Positions 38,767 through 48,228 of a stretch of DNA of 64,000 nt are shown piece after piece. The stretch lies in contig DYYI01000071.1 of the NCBI GenBank assembly GCA_020741755.1, forward strand, positions 16,394 to 80,393, written 5' to 3'. The stretch is from Aliicoccus persicus (GTDB taxonomy: Bacteria > Bacillota > Bacilli > Staphylococcales > Salinicoccaceae). Position 1 is the stretch's first letter, and each line of letters begins with the position of its first letter. Made by a program: the position numbers and the translations under genes. Below the pieces are notes generated by a model. It was not told where the DNA came from and made no database searches. It saw nothing but the letters and a program-made list of their open reading frames with translations.

Positions 38767-40434
38767 TTAGAATAATCCTTTAGAGTTACCATCTTTGTCA
38801 ACGTCCATGTGAACCGCTGAAGGTACTTTTGGTAAACCAGGCATTGTCATGATGTCACCTGTTAATGCAACAACAAATCCAGCACCTGCTTTAGCAATTA
38901 CTTCACGTACAGTAACTTCGAATCCTTCTGGACGACCAAGTAATTTTGGATTGTCACTGAGTGAATACTGAGTTTTTGCCATACATACTGGGAAGTGTCC
39001 CCATCCGTTTTTCTCAATTTCAGCAATTTGTTTTTTCGCTTTGTCTGTTAATACAACACCAGAACCACCGTAAACTTCTGTTACGATCGTGTTGATTTTA
39101 TCAGCAATTGGCATTTCATCTTCATATAGGAACTTAAAGTTTTGTGGTTGGTCAAGTACTTCTAATACTTTCTCAGCAAGCTCAACGCCGCCTTCTCCAC
39201 CTTTTTCCCAAACTTTAGTCAGTGCAATACGCACGCCTAAATCGTTACAATAGTCCAACACGAATTGACGCTCTTCATCTGTGTCTGTAACGAAGTCATT
39301 CAGTGCAACAACGGGCTCAACACCGAATTTTCTAGCATTTTCAATGTGTTTTTCTAAGTTTTTAATACCCGCTTTAAGTGCATCAACGTTTGCTTCACCT
39401 AGATCTTCTTTCGCTACGCCACCGTTCATTTTTAACGCACGGATTGTCGCAACAAGCACGATTGCATCTGGTTCAAATCCAGCTTTACGCGCCTTGATGT
39501 CCATGAATTTTTCTCCACCTAAGTCTGAACCGAATCCACACTCAGTCACAACGATATCTGACAATTTACGTGCAGTGTTCGTAGCGATGACAGAGTTACA
39601 TCCATGTGCGATGTTTGCGAATGGACCACCATGAATTAATGCTGGTGTACCTTCCATCGTTTGTACTAAGTTGGGTTTAATTGCTTCTTTTAACAATAAT
39701 GCAAGTGAGCCTTGTACTTTTAATTCTGCAACCGTTACTGGTTTACGATCATACGTATAACCGATAACAATTTGAGAAAGTTTCTCTTTTAGGTCTTCGA
39801 TATCATTCGATAAGCAAAGCACAGCCATGATTTCACTCGCAACTGTAATATCAAAACCATCTTCACGTGGCACACCTTGTGCAGGACCACCAAGACCGAT
39901 TGTTACGTTACGTAATGCACGGTCGTTCATATCTAATACGCGTTTCCATGTGACACGTCTAGGATCAATGTTTAATTGATTCCCTTGGTGAATATGGTTA
40001 TCGATGAATGCAGCTAACGCATTGTTTGCAGTTGTAATTGCATGCAAGTCACCATTGAAGTGTAAGTTGATCTCTTCCATCGGTAGTACTTGCGCATGCC
40101 CACCACCAGTTGCGCCACCTTTAATACCCATTACAGGTCCTAATGATGGTTCGCGAAGTGCAACCATAACATTTTTGCCAAGTTTATTGAACGCGTCTGA
40201 TAAACCAACAGTACATGTCGATTTACCTTCACCTGCAGGTGTTGGGTTCATTGCAGATACGAGAACAATTTTAGATGATTTTTCATCACCTTCAAGCTTA
40301 TGAATATCTACCTTTGCTTTGTACTTACCGTACATTTCAAGTGCTTCATTTGGAATGCCGGCTTTCTTAGCAATCTCTTCAATCGGTTGAATTGAAGCTT
40401 GTGATGCAATTTCCTGATCTGTTAAATGTGCCAT
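38767..40434 (-). CDS. fhs: formate--tetrahydrofolate ligase
   Basis: 555 aa. It has the [11 protein letters not shown]-loop and the full-length pattern typical of Fhs. Confidence 0.95.
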   Translation of the reverse strand: MAHLTDQEIASQASIQPIEEIAKKAGIPNEALEMYGKYKAKVDIHKLEGDEKSSKIVLVSAMNPTPAGEGKSTCTVGLSDAFNKLGKNVMVALREPSLGPVMGIKGGATGGGHAQVLPMEEINLHFNGDLHAITTANNALAAFIDNHIHQGNQLNIDPRRVTWKRVLDMNDRALRNVTIGLGGPAQGVPREDGFDITVASEIMAVLCLSNDIEDLKEKLSQIVIGYTYDRKPVTVAELKVQGSLALLLKEAIKPNLVQTMEGTPALIHGGPFANIAHGCNSVIATNTARKLSDIVVTECGFGSDLGGEKFMDIKARKAGFEPDAIVLVATIRALKMNGGVAKEDLGEANVDALKAGIKNLEKHIENARKFGVEPVVALNDFVTDTDEERQFVLDYCNDLGVRIALTKVWEKGGEGGVELAEKVLEVLDQPQNFKFLYEDEMPIADKINTIVTEVYGGSGVVLTDKAKKQIAEIEKNGWGHFPVCMAKTQYSLSDNPKLLGRPEGFEVTVREVIAKAGAGFVVALTGDIMTMPGLPKVPSAVHMDVDKDGNSKGLF

Positions 40435-40528
40435 ACAATTAAACTCTCCTTGTCATGTAGATTACTCTCTTATTATTACATATTTCATCTAAAACAAAAA
40501 GGCTCTATACTCGATTACGGCATTTAGA

Positions 40529-42250
40529 TTAATCGTCATCGAGTGCGCTTAAATCCCCTTCTGGTAAGTTTAACTCCCACGCTTTTAACACACGACGCAT
40601 GATCTTACCACTGCGCGTTTTCGGTAATTTATCTTTAAACTCAATCTCACGCGGTGCAGCATGTGCTGCAAGTCCATTTTTTACAAACAAACGAATGTCT
40701 TCCTTCAGTTCATCTGATGGTTCGTATTCTTTTTTCAATGTGATAAACGCCTTGACAATTTCGCCACGAATCGGATCTGGTTTACCGATGACACCTGCTT
40801 CTTGAATTGCTTCATGCTCGACGAGCTTTGACTCGATTTCAAACGGACCAACTCGTTCACCAGCTGTCATGATGACATCATCGACGCGTCCTTGGAACCA
40901 ATAATAGCCATCTTCATCTTTATATGCTGAATCTCCTGATACGTACCAGTCATTAATAAAGTATGAATCGTATTTCGCATCATTCTTCCAAATCTTACGC
41001 ATCATCGCTGGCCATCCACGTTTTAAAGCGAGGTTACCCATGCGATTTGCTGGCAATTCATTCCCCTGATCATCAACGATTGCCGCTTCTACGCCAGGTA
41101 ATGGTTTACCCATCGAACCACCACGAATTTCCATACCTGGGAAATTAACGATACAGTGCGCACCAGTCTCTGTCATCCACCACGTGTCATGAATGCGGCG
41201 ATTGTAAACATCCATCCCCCATTTTACAACTTCAGGATTCAGTGGCTCACCGACTGAAAGTACATGTCTCACATGAGATAGATCATACTGATTGACGACT
41301 TCATCACCAGCACCCATCAGCATTCTAAACGCAGTTGGTGCACTGTACCAAACCGTCACTTTTAAGTCTTCTAATGCGCCATACCAAGACTCTGGTGAGA
41401 AGCGTCCACCGACAACAACATTCGTCACACCATTTAACCATGGCGCAAATATTCCGTATGATGTACCTGTCACCCAGCCTGGGTCTGCTGTACACCAATA
41501 AACATCATCTTCTTTTAAATCAAGCACCACTTTACCTGAGTAGTACTGTTGAATCATTGCATATTGTGCGTGTAATACACCTTTTGGTACACCTGTTGAA
41601 CCACTTGTGTAATGTAAGATGAGTCCATCTTCTTTATCTAGCCAGACGATATCAAACGCAGTGCTCGCATCATTCATTCCTTTTCTAAAATCTACGATTT
41701 TGTCTTCTGCAGTAACTTCATCTCCAACGACAATAATCTTCTCTAGAGAAGGCAGTTCATCAACAGGTACACGCGTTAACAATTCTGGTGTTGTTACAAG
41801 CACGCGCGCACCACTGTTTTCGAGGCGATCCTTCACTGCTTTTTCCATAAAGGCCTCAAATAATGGTCCTACAATTGCGCCTAATTTTAAACTACCAAGC
41901 AATGCGAAATAGAGTTCCGGTGAACGGGGCATAAAGATAAAAATCCGATCACCTTTTTCGATGTTTGCATTATCTTTTAGTACATTTGCCGCTTGGTTTG
42001 TTTTATCTTGCATTTCTTTAAATGTGTATCTTTCAATTACATCGTTATTTTTGAAGATCAGTGCTTGCTTGTTACCCAGACCTTTTTCAACATTATAATC
42101 GATGCATTCATATGCCATATTAAATTTTCCAGTTTCATACCATGAGAACTGTTTTTCTATCTCTGCCCAATCATGTGATTCATAGGCTGCATCGTAATCT
42201 TTCATATTTGGATACTGATCCGTTACTTTATACTTTTCGACTTGCACCAT
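40529..42250 (-). CDS. acsA: acetyl-CoA synthetase
   Basis: The AMP-binding motif is YTSGSTGVPKGV. The C-terminal PKTRSGKIMRR block contains the regulatory lysine (AAG at 40604..40606). The ATG at 42250 lies 6 nt after GGAG; the track TTG is at 42256. Confidence 0.93.
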   Translation of the reverse strand: MVQVEKYKVTDQYPNMKDYDAAYESHDWAEIEKQFSWYETGKFNMAYECIDYNVEKGLGNKQALIFKNNDVIERYTFKEMQDKTNQAANVLKDNANIEKGDRIFIFMPRSPELYFALLGSLKLGAIVGPLFEAFMEKAVKDRLENSGARVLVTTPELLTRVPVDELPSLEKIIVVGDEVTAEDKIVDFRKGMNDASTAFDIVWLDKEDGLILHYTSGSTGVPKGVLHAQYAMIQQYYSGKVVLDLKEDDVYWCTADPGWVTGTSYGIFAPWLNGVTNVVVGGRFSPESWYGALEDLKVTVWYSAPTAFRMLMGAGDEVVNQYDLSHVRHVLSVGEPLNPEVVKWGMDVYNRRIHDTWWMTETGAHCIVNFPGMEIRGGSMGKPLPGVEAAIVDDQGNELPANRMGNLALKRGWPAMMRKIWKNDAKYDSYFINDWYVSGDSAYKDEDGYYWFQGRVDDVIMTAGERVGPFEIESKLVEHEAIQEAGVIGKPDPIRGEIVKAFITLKKEYEPSDELKEDIRLFVKNGLAAHAAPREIEFKDKLPKTRSGKIMRRVLKAWELNLPEGDLSALDDD

Positions 42251-42346
42251 CACCAACTCCTTTATTTAATCTTACTTCTCTTTATTATATAATAAATATG
42301 TATTTAATTTCAAAACCATTTATATTCATAAAACGGAGGTGACACC

Positions 42347-42979
42347 GTGATACATCACAAGCAATACTTTAAGAGCGATCACACTAGTCAATCACATCAA
42401 TTTATTGTTGAGGGGCCGGTAGATCCGGAAATACTCAAAAGATATCAATTTGATGACGGATTGGATTCGTTTCGTCTACCTGAAGAGCAATTTGAAGCAT
42501 TGATTGAAATTGCTGAATTACCTGAAGGTAGAATTATCATTGCGCGCGAGGACGATTTAATTGTTGGCTATATCACGTTCGTTCATCCCGATCCATATGA
42601 ACGCTGGAGCGACGGTAATTTACCTTATATATTAGAACTTGGTGCTGTTGAAGTTACACCGAAGTTTAGACAGTTTGGTCTTGCGTCAAGCATGCTAAAG
42701 CTGTCATTCCAAGATAATCAAATGGAAGAGTACATCGTGATTACGACAGAATATTATTGGCACTGGGACTTAAAATCATCAAACCTCGATGTATATGAGT
42801 ATAAAAACATGATGATACGTTTTATGCAGCAGGTTGGTTTTGAAGTATACCAAACCAATGACCCAGAAATTACATCACATCCAGCAAATACTTTAATGGC
42901 AAGAGTTGGCGCAAATATTGATGATACGAAGCGCATTCAATTCGATAAAATACGATTCAAAGATCGCTTTTTCTTTTAG
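42347..42979 (+). CDS. acuA: acetoin utilization protein AcuA (GNAT acetyltransferase acting on AcsA)
   Basis: 210 aa. It is divergent from acsA and followed by acuB and acuC. It uses a GTG start after GGAGGTGA. Confidence 0.85.
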   Translation: MIHHKQYFKSDHTSQSHQFIVEGPVDPEILKRYQFDDGLDSFRLPEEQFEALIEIAELPEGRIIIAREDDLIVGYITFVHPDPYERWSDGNLPYILELGAVEVTPKFRQFGLASSMLKLSFQDNQMEEYIVITTEYYWHWDLKSSNLDVYEYKNMMIRFMQQVGFEVYQTNDPEITSHPANTLMARVGANIDDTKRIQFDKIRFKDRFFF

Positions 42980-42990
42980 GAGGATAACAA

Positions 42991-43620
42991 ATGTTAGTAG
43001 AGCGCATAATGACGCATGATGTTAAAACATTAACGAAAGACGACACGATAAAAGATGCAATAGAAATGATGAAGAAATTTTCATTCCGACATATTCCAAT
43101 CGTCAACGTACGCGATGAAATAGAGGGTATTATTTCTGAAAGTGATATTAAGATTACTGTACCGGAATCAATCACAGGACTTGATACCCAGACATTCCTC
43201 AGTACACCACTATCTGAAGTGATGATTAAACACCCTATGACGTGTCACCCACTAGACTTTGTCGCTGAAATTGCACTTGATTTTTATCAGTATACTATTG
43301 GCGCAATACCTGTCGTTAGAAACAAGAAAATAGTCGGTATCGTAACGCAAAAAGATATGTTGAATACGTTCATAGAATTGACGGGTATTACAGAACCCGG
43401 ATCGATTATCGAAGTGGATACAGAAGACCAAACCGGTGTAATATATGAACTCGGCAAAGTGTTTAAAGAATTAAACATAAAGATTATCAGCGTGTCAGTA
43501 TATAATAATAAGGATATATCTAAAAATAAAATCATCGTATTACGCATACAAGCAATGAATCCATTAATCGCAATTAATAAGTTAAAAGATAAAGGCTTTA
43601 AAGTGTTGGAGCCACAGTAA
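42991..43620 (+). CDS. acuB: AcuB (CBS pair + ACT domain protein)
   Basis: 209 aa. It has two CBS repeats (IMTHDVKTL ... HIPIV; VMIKHPMT ... AIPVVRNKKIVGIVTQKD) and an ACT-like tail. Confidence 0.85.
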   Translation: MLVERIMTHDVKTLTKDDTIKDAIEMMKKFSFRHIPIVNVRDEIEGIISESDIKITVPESITGLDTQTFLSTPLSEVMIKHPMTCHPLDFVAEIALDFYQYTIGAIPVVRNKKIVGIVTQKDMLNTFIELTGITEPGSIIEVDTEDQTGVIYELGKVFKELNIKIISVSVYNNKDISKNKIIVLRIQAMNPLIAINKLKDKGFKVLEPQ

Positions 43621-43623
43621 CTT

Positions 43624-44766
43624 ATGAAAGAAGCAACTTATATATACGATGATGAAATTTTGAAATACAGATTCAATGACACACACCCTTTTAATCAAAT
43701 GCGCGTTAAGATGACAACGGACTTATTGATGAGCGCACAATTTTTACAGAAACAAGACATCGTTAAACCACGCATTGCAACGGAAGCAGAACTCGAACTC
43801 GTACACAGCAAATCATTCATCGATGCTGTGCGTAAAGCAGGTCACGGTGAATTGGATGAGAAAGAGGCATCAAAATTTGGACTCGGTACAAATGATACGC
43901 CGATTTTTGACAATATGCATGAACGGTCAAAATTGCTAGTCGGTGCGACCTTAACAGCAGTTGAAGCAGTGATGGAAGGAAACAGTAGAAAAGCATTGAG
44001 CCTTGCTGGTGGTCTTCATCATGGATTTTCTGGTCGCTCAAGTGGATTTTGTATTTATAATGACACAGCAGTGGCCATTGAGTTCATTAGAAAAAAATTT
44101 GGTAAAAAAGTGTTGTATATAGATACGGATGCACATCATGGAGACGGTACACAGTATATCTTTTATAGTAAGGATGATGTGATGACATATTCCGTGCACG
44201 AAACAGGCCGTTACTTATTCCCAGGGACGGGTCATATTACTGAACTCGGAGATGATATCGGCTACGGTTATTCTATCAATTTACCACTCGATGCTTATAC
44301 AGAGGATGACTCCTTCAAACATGTGTTTTCAACTAGTTTAGAGCGTGCAATTGAACGCTTTAAGCCCGATGTCATCTTCAGTCAAAACGGCGTAGATAGT
44401 CATTTTAGAGATCCGATGACACATCTTAATTTAACGAGTGAAAGTTTTGAATACATTCCGAGGTTTGTGGACTCACTCGCTAAACGTTATACAGATGGAA
44501 AATGGATTGCAGTTGGTGGTGGCGGTTATAACTTATGGGAAGTTGTCCCGAGAATGTGGGCACAAGTGTGGTTAGCGATGACTGGGGAAACTGCGCCACG
44601 TGGACAATTACCTAAAGAATTTATTGAAACATATAAATCAAAGTGCCCAAGTACATTTCCAATGCTTTGGGAAGACGCGCTTCATGACTATATTGAGATT
44701 CCGCGACGTACTGAGATTACGGAGAAAAATATTGCAACACTTGAGCGTTTAATGAATCATTTATAA
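43624..44766 (+). CDS. acuC: AcuC (class I histone-deacetylase-family protein deacetylase)
   Basis: 380 aa. It has the GGLHHG and YIDTDAHHGDG blocks. Confidence 0.9.
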   Translation: MKEATYIYDDEILKYRFNDTHPFNQMRVKMTTDLLMSAQFLQKQDIVKPRIATEAELELVHSKSFIDAVRKAGHGELDEKEASKFGLGTNDTPIFDNMHERSKLLVGATLTAVEAVMEGNSRKALSLAGGLHHGFSGRSSGFCIYNDTAVAIEFIRKKFGKKVLYIDTDAHHGDGTQYIFYSKDDVMTYSVHETGRYLFPGTGHITELGDDIGYGYSINLPLDAYTEDDSFKHVFSTSLERAIERFKPDVIFSQNGVDSHFRDPMTHLNLTSESFEYIPRFVDSLAKRYTDGKWIAVGGGGYNLWEVVPRMWAQVWLAMTGETAPRGQLPKEFIETYKSKCPSTFPMLWEDALHDYIEIPRRTEITEKNIATLERLMNHL

Positions 44767-44781
44767 CAAGTATATATTCAT

Positions 44782-44823
44782 AAAAAAATGATGTTTTCTG
44801 ATTTCAGAAAACATCATTTTTTG
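44782..44823. terminator. bidirectional terminator (acuC / ccpA)
   Basis: ATGATGTTTTCTGA-TT-TCAGAAAACATCAT, flanked by A7 and T-runs. Confidence 0.9.
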
Positions 44824-44826
44824 TTT

Positions 44827-45819
44827 CTATTTTTTTGTTGAACCACGGTAATCTATGTAGTGTGGTAGAATCACATCTGGGTGACTGACCGCTTCACCCT
44901 TCATGTATTTCGTCAATAGGCGCATCCCTACTGCTCCGATGTCATACAATGGTGTACGCACACTGGATAGTGTTGGACGTGACATATGTACAAGTCGTGT
45001 ATTTGCACAGCTCAATACTTCCATATCTTCTGGCACATTTTTGCCATCATCTTGAGCGGCATGAATGATTCCGATTGCAATTGCATCATTCATTGATATG
45101 ACGATATCCAAATCTTTTTCTTTAAGAATTTTATAGATTTCAGGTGCTTCGTCATATTTACTAAAACCATCGATCACCCATTCATCTTTAAATTCTAAAT
45201 TATTTCGTTCAAATGATCGACGTATACCACGTTCGAAATGATACATTAGTTGTTCTGAATAATAGCCTTTAACAAATGCACATTTCTTATGACCCTTATC
45301 AATGAAGTCTTGAATGACAGTATCCATTGCAGCTTCAACATCGATATTAACACTCGCAAACTTATCATCATGTTCACTCGTACCACAAAGTACTACTGGT
45401 ATCGATGTATTTTCAATATCTTTTAATGTGTCTTCATTCAAAATTCCACCGAGATATATAATACCGTCAACCTGTTTACTCATGAAGTTGAACAAAGCAT
45501 CGCGTTCTGCTTCAGGATTGAAATCTGTATTCGTAATAATTGTTTGGTATTGATACATCTCTGCCACATCATCTAAGCCACGCACGAGTGCTGAATAATA
45601 CAAACTCGAGATGTCCGGAATGATGACGCCGACTGTTGTCGTTCTCTTACTTGCTAATCCTCGTGCAACTGCATTCGGACGATAATTTAATCGATCGATA
45701 ACTTCTTGTACACGTTTACGTGTTTCTGGCTTTACGTTCGGGTTACCATTTAACACACGCGAAACTGTAGCCATCGATACTTTTGCTTCTTTTGCTACAT
45801 CATATATAGTAACAGTCAT
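44827..45819 (-). CDS. ccpA: catabolite control protein A (LacI family)
   Basis: 330 aa. The N-terminal HTH is TIYDVAKEAKVSMATVSRVLNGNPNVKPETRKRV. Its position after acuABC matches Bacillus and Staphylococcus. Confidence 0.9.
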   Translation of the reverse strand: MTVTIYDVAKEAKVSMATVSRVLNGNPNVKPETRKRVQEVIDRLNYRPNAVARGLASKRTTTVGVIIPDISSLYYSALVRGLDDVAEMYQYQTIITNTDFNPEAERDALFNFMSKQVDGIIYLGGILNEDTLKDIENTSIPVVLCGTSEHDDKFASVNIDVEAAMDTVIQDFIDKGHKKCAFVKGYYSEQLMYHFERGIRRSFERNNLEFKDEWVIDGFSKYDEAPEIYKILKEKDLDIVISMNDAIAIGIIHAAQDDGKNVPEDMEVLSCANTRLVHMSRPTLSSVRTPLYDIGAVGMRLLTKYMKGEAVSHPDVILPHYIDYRGSTKK

Positions 45820-45941
45820 GTTACACCTCGATTCTCAATGAAATCCTTTTCATTACTAATAATAGCATGCTTTTACAAATTAAAAAACATCAATATAAAA
45901 GATGTGACGAATGTTCTGCATCTTCTATATTGATATTGTTT

Positions 45942-46355
45942 TTAGTTATGCTTCGAGACATCGACCACACGATTGTTACGTGTGGATACGTCTGGCAACA
46001 CTTGTTCTGATTGATTTGTTTCTACTTCTTCATCTTCAAAGTTCTCATCTTCTGTTGTTAACGCTTCTTCTTTTGTTTCAGTCGCCACTTTAACAGGTGT
46101 ATCAATATCAACATCCGTCTGTACAGCATCCGGTGTATCAATCGTACTTTCTGCTAACCTAAGCGGTGGTTCTGGAAGTGTTTTATCTTCTTGGTTCTTC
46201 TTGGTTAAGAAAAATAATGCGATAAATACGCCAACCATAGCACCAAGTATAATACTGATTGTGAGATCTCTTGAAGAAGTTGAAACTTCATTCTCACCAT
46301 TGACTTCCACCAAACTTCTATCCTTTTGAATGGCTGGGAGATTGTCAGTCATCAC
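45942..46355 (-). CDS. hypothetical single-TM protein with acidic C-terminal region
   Basis: 137 aa. It has a central TM segment (ISIILGAMVGVFIALFFL) and an E/D/T-rich tail. It lies 31 nt downstream of the DUF948 gene. Confidence 0.55.
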   Translation of the reverse strand: MMTDNLPAIQKDRSLVEVNGENEVSTSSRDLTISIILGAMVGVFIALFFLTKKNQEDKTLPEPPLRLAESTIDTPDAVQTDVDIDTPVKVATETKEEALTTEDENFEDEEVETNQSEQVLPDVSTRNNRVVDVSKHN

Positions 46356-46386
46356 GTCATCCCCTATTCTATAATGATGTAACTAT

Positions 46387-46848
46387 TTATTTTTCATCAT
46401 TGTTATTCTGGCTTGCATAAGCTTTTTGTCTATCTTGACGAATTTTCCACTTATCAAACAATTCCATTGCAACGTTAGACCATTGAACCACTTGTGAAAT
46501 CTGATCTTCGTTTTGTGAAATATTTGTCGTGATAGAATGCGTTACTTTTTCAACAGAACTGTTTAAGTTATTCACTGTGCTACCGATGCCACTTACAGCT
46601 TCAACAACACCGTTTAACTTCTCAGATTTACCTTGGAAATCTTCCGCCAAACGATTCGTCTTGTGTAACAGATCCGTCGTTTCACGCGTGATACCTTGTA
46701 CCTGTCCTTCCACACCGTTTAATGTTTTTGCGATGTGATCTAAATTTTTCTTAACTGATAGAAGTAGCATCACTAATCCCACACATAAAATGAGGAAAGC
46801 AAGTGCAGCTACACCAGCTGAAATGTATAAAATAATTTCCCAATCCAT
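46387..46848 (-). CDS. DUF948 (YtxG-like) membrane-anchored protein
   Basis: 153 aa. It has an N-terminal TM segment followed by a helical region typical of YtxG/DUF948. Its position next to murC matches B. subtilis. Confidence 0.75.
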   Translation of the reverse strand: MDWEIILYISAGVAALAFLILCVGLVMLLLSVKKNLDHIAKTLNGVEGQVQGITRETTDLLHKTNRLAEDFQGKSEKLNGVVEAVSGIGSTVNNLNSSVEKVTHSITTNISQNEDQISQVVQWSNVAMELFDKWKIRQDRQKAYASQNNNDEK

Positions 46849-46914
46849 AATAATACCTCCATATTTTTATTTAAATTATATCCTAAATTTCAATATTTAA
46901 ACTTAGTTGAAAAA

Positions 46915-48213
46915 TTAAATCACACTTTCAGTAAAAGCTTTTTCATATTTCTGGATATCGCCTGCACCCATGAAGATAATGACAGCATCTTTATACTGAT
47001 GTAATTTCGACATATCATCCTCTTTTAAGAGCTGAGCGTTTTTCGTAATCTTCACGAGATCCTCGCTCGTTAACATGCCACCTTCTTCGCGTGCTGATCC
47101 AAATATGTCTAAAATATACACATCGTCTGACTCTGCGAGTGCCTCTGCAAATTCTTTTAAAAATGCTTCGGTTCTAGAGAATGTATGCGGTTGAAACACA
47201 GATACAATGTGCTTATCCGGATATTTTTTTCGGGCTGTTTCCAGCGTTGCTTTGATTTCAGTCGGGTGATGTGCATAGTCATCGACTAAAACAAGATCAT
47301 CCACATGTGTTTCAGTGAAGCGACGTTTAACGCCTTTATATGTCATAAACGCAGCCTTTGTATTTTCTACATTTAAGTCTTCCAAATAACACACCGTAAT
47401 CACCGCCAGGGCATTAAGTACATGGTGGTCACCAAACAGTGGAATTGTAAATGTTTCATAAAACTCACCTTTAATATGGACGTCGAATACAGTCCCTTCT
47501 GTCGTGACTGATACATTTGATGCAACGACGTCAAACCGTTCATCAAAGCCGTATAACCATACATCCTGTGAAAGATTCATCGCTTCTACGTGTGCATCTC
47601 CACCATAGGCGACGACAGTCTTCGATTGATTTGCCATCTGAGTGAATGCATCGATGACATCTTGTAAATCTTTAAAATAATCTGGGTGATCAAAATCAAT
47701 ATTCGTAATGATTGCATAATCTGGGTGGTAACTTAAAAAGTGACGCTTATATTCACATGACTCATAGACAAAGTGTGTGCTTAAATCAACACCCACACCA
47801 GTGCCGTCACCAATTAAATATGTCGTCTTACTATTGCCATTCATCACATGTGACAACAGGCCTGTCGTCGATGTTTTACCGTGGGCACCACTGACTCCGA
47901 TGGACACATATTCTTTCATAAATTCCGCTAAAAACTTATGGTATCGAATGACTTCGAGGTTCAGTTCACGCGCGCGTTTTATCTCCATGTGTTCATCGTT
48001 AAAAGCATTGCCTGCAATGTAAACATAGCCTTCTTTTATATTTTCAGCATCAAAGGGGAGAATCGTAATGTTCTTCTCACGCAATTGGAATTCTGTGAAA
48101 ACGACACTTTCAATATCTGAACCTTGTACTTCATGTCCAAGTCCATGTAATATTTGTGCAAGTGCGCTCATTCCAGCCCCTTTTATACCGATAAAATGAA
48201 ATTTCTTTTTCAT
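46915..48213 (-). CDS. murC: UDP-N-acetylmuramate--L-alanine ligase
   Basis: 432 aa. It has [13 protein letters not shown] and a P-loop ([10 protein letters not shown]). Confidence 0.96.
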   Translation of the reverse strand: MKKKFHFIGIKGAGMSALAQILHGLGHEVQGSDIESVVFTEFQLREKNITILPFDAENIKEGYVYIAGNAFNDEHMEIKRARELNLEVIRYHKFLAEFMKEYVSIGVSGAHGKTSTTGLLSHVMNGNSKTTYLIGDGTGVGVDLSTHFVYESCEYKRHFLSYHPDYAIITNIDFDHPDYFKDLQDVIDAFTQMANQSKTVVAYGGDAHVEAMNLSQDVWLYGFDERFDVVASNVSVTTEGTVFDVHIKGEFYETFTIPLFGDHHVLNALAVITVCYLEDLNVENTKAAFMTYKGVKRRFTETHVDDLVLVDDYAHHPTEIKATLETARKKYPDKHIVSVFQPHTFSRTEAFLKEFAEALAESDDVYILDIFGSAREEGGMLTSEDLVKITKNAQLLKEDDMSKLHQYKDAVIIFMGAGDIQKYEKAFTESVI

Positions 48214-48228
48214 TTCTTTCCACCATCT

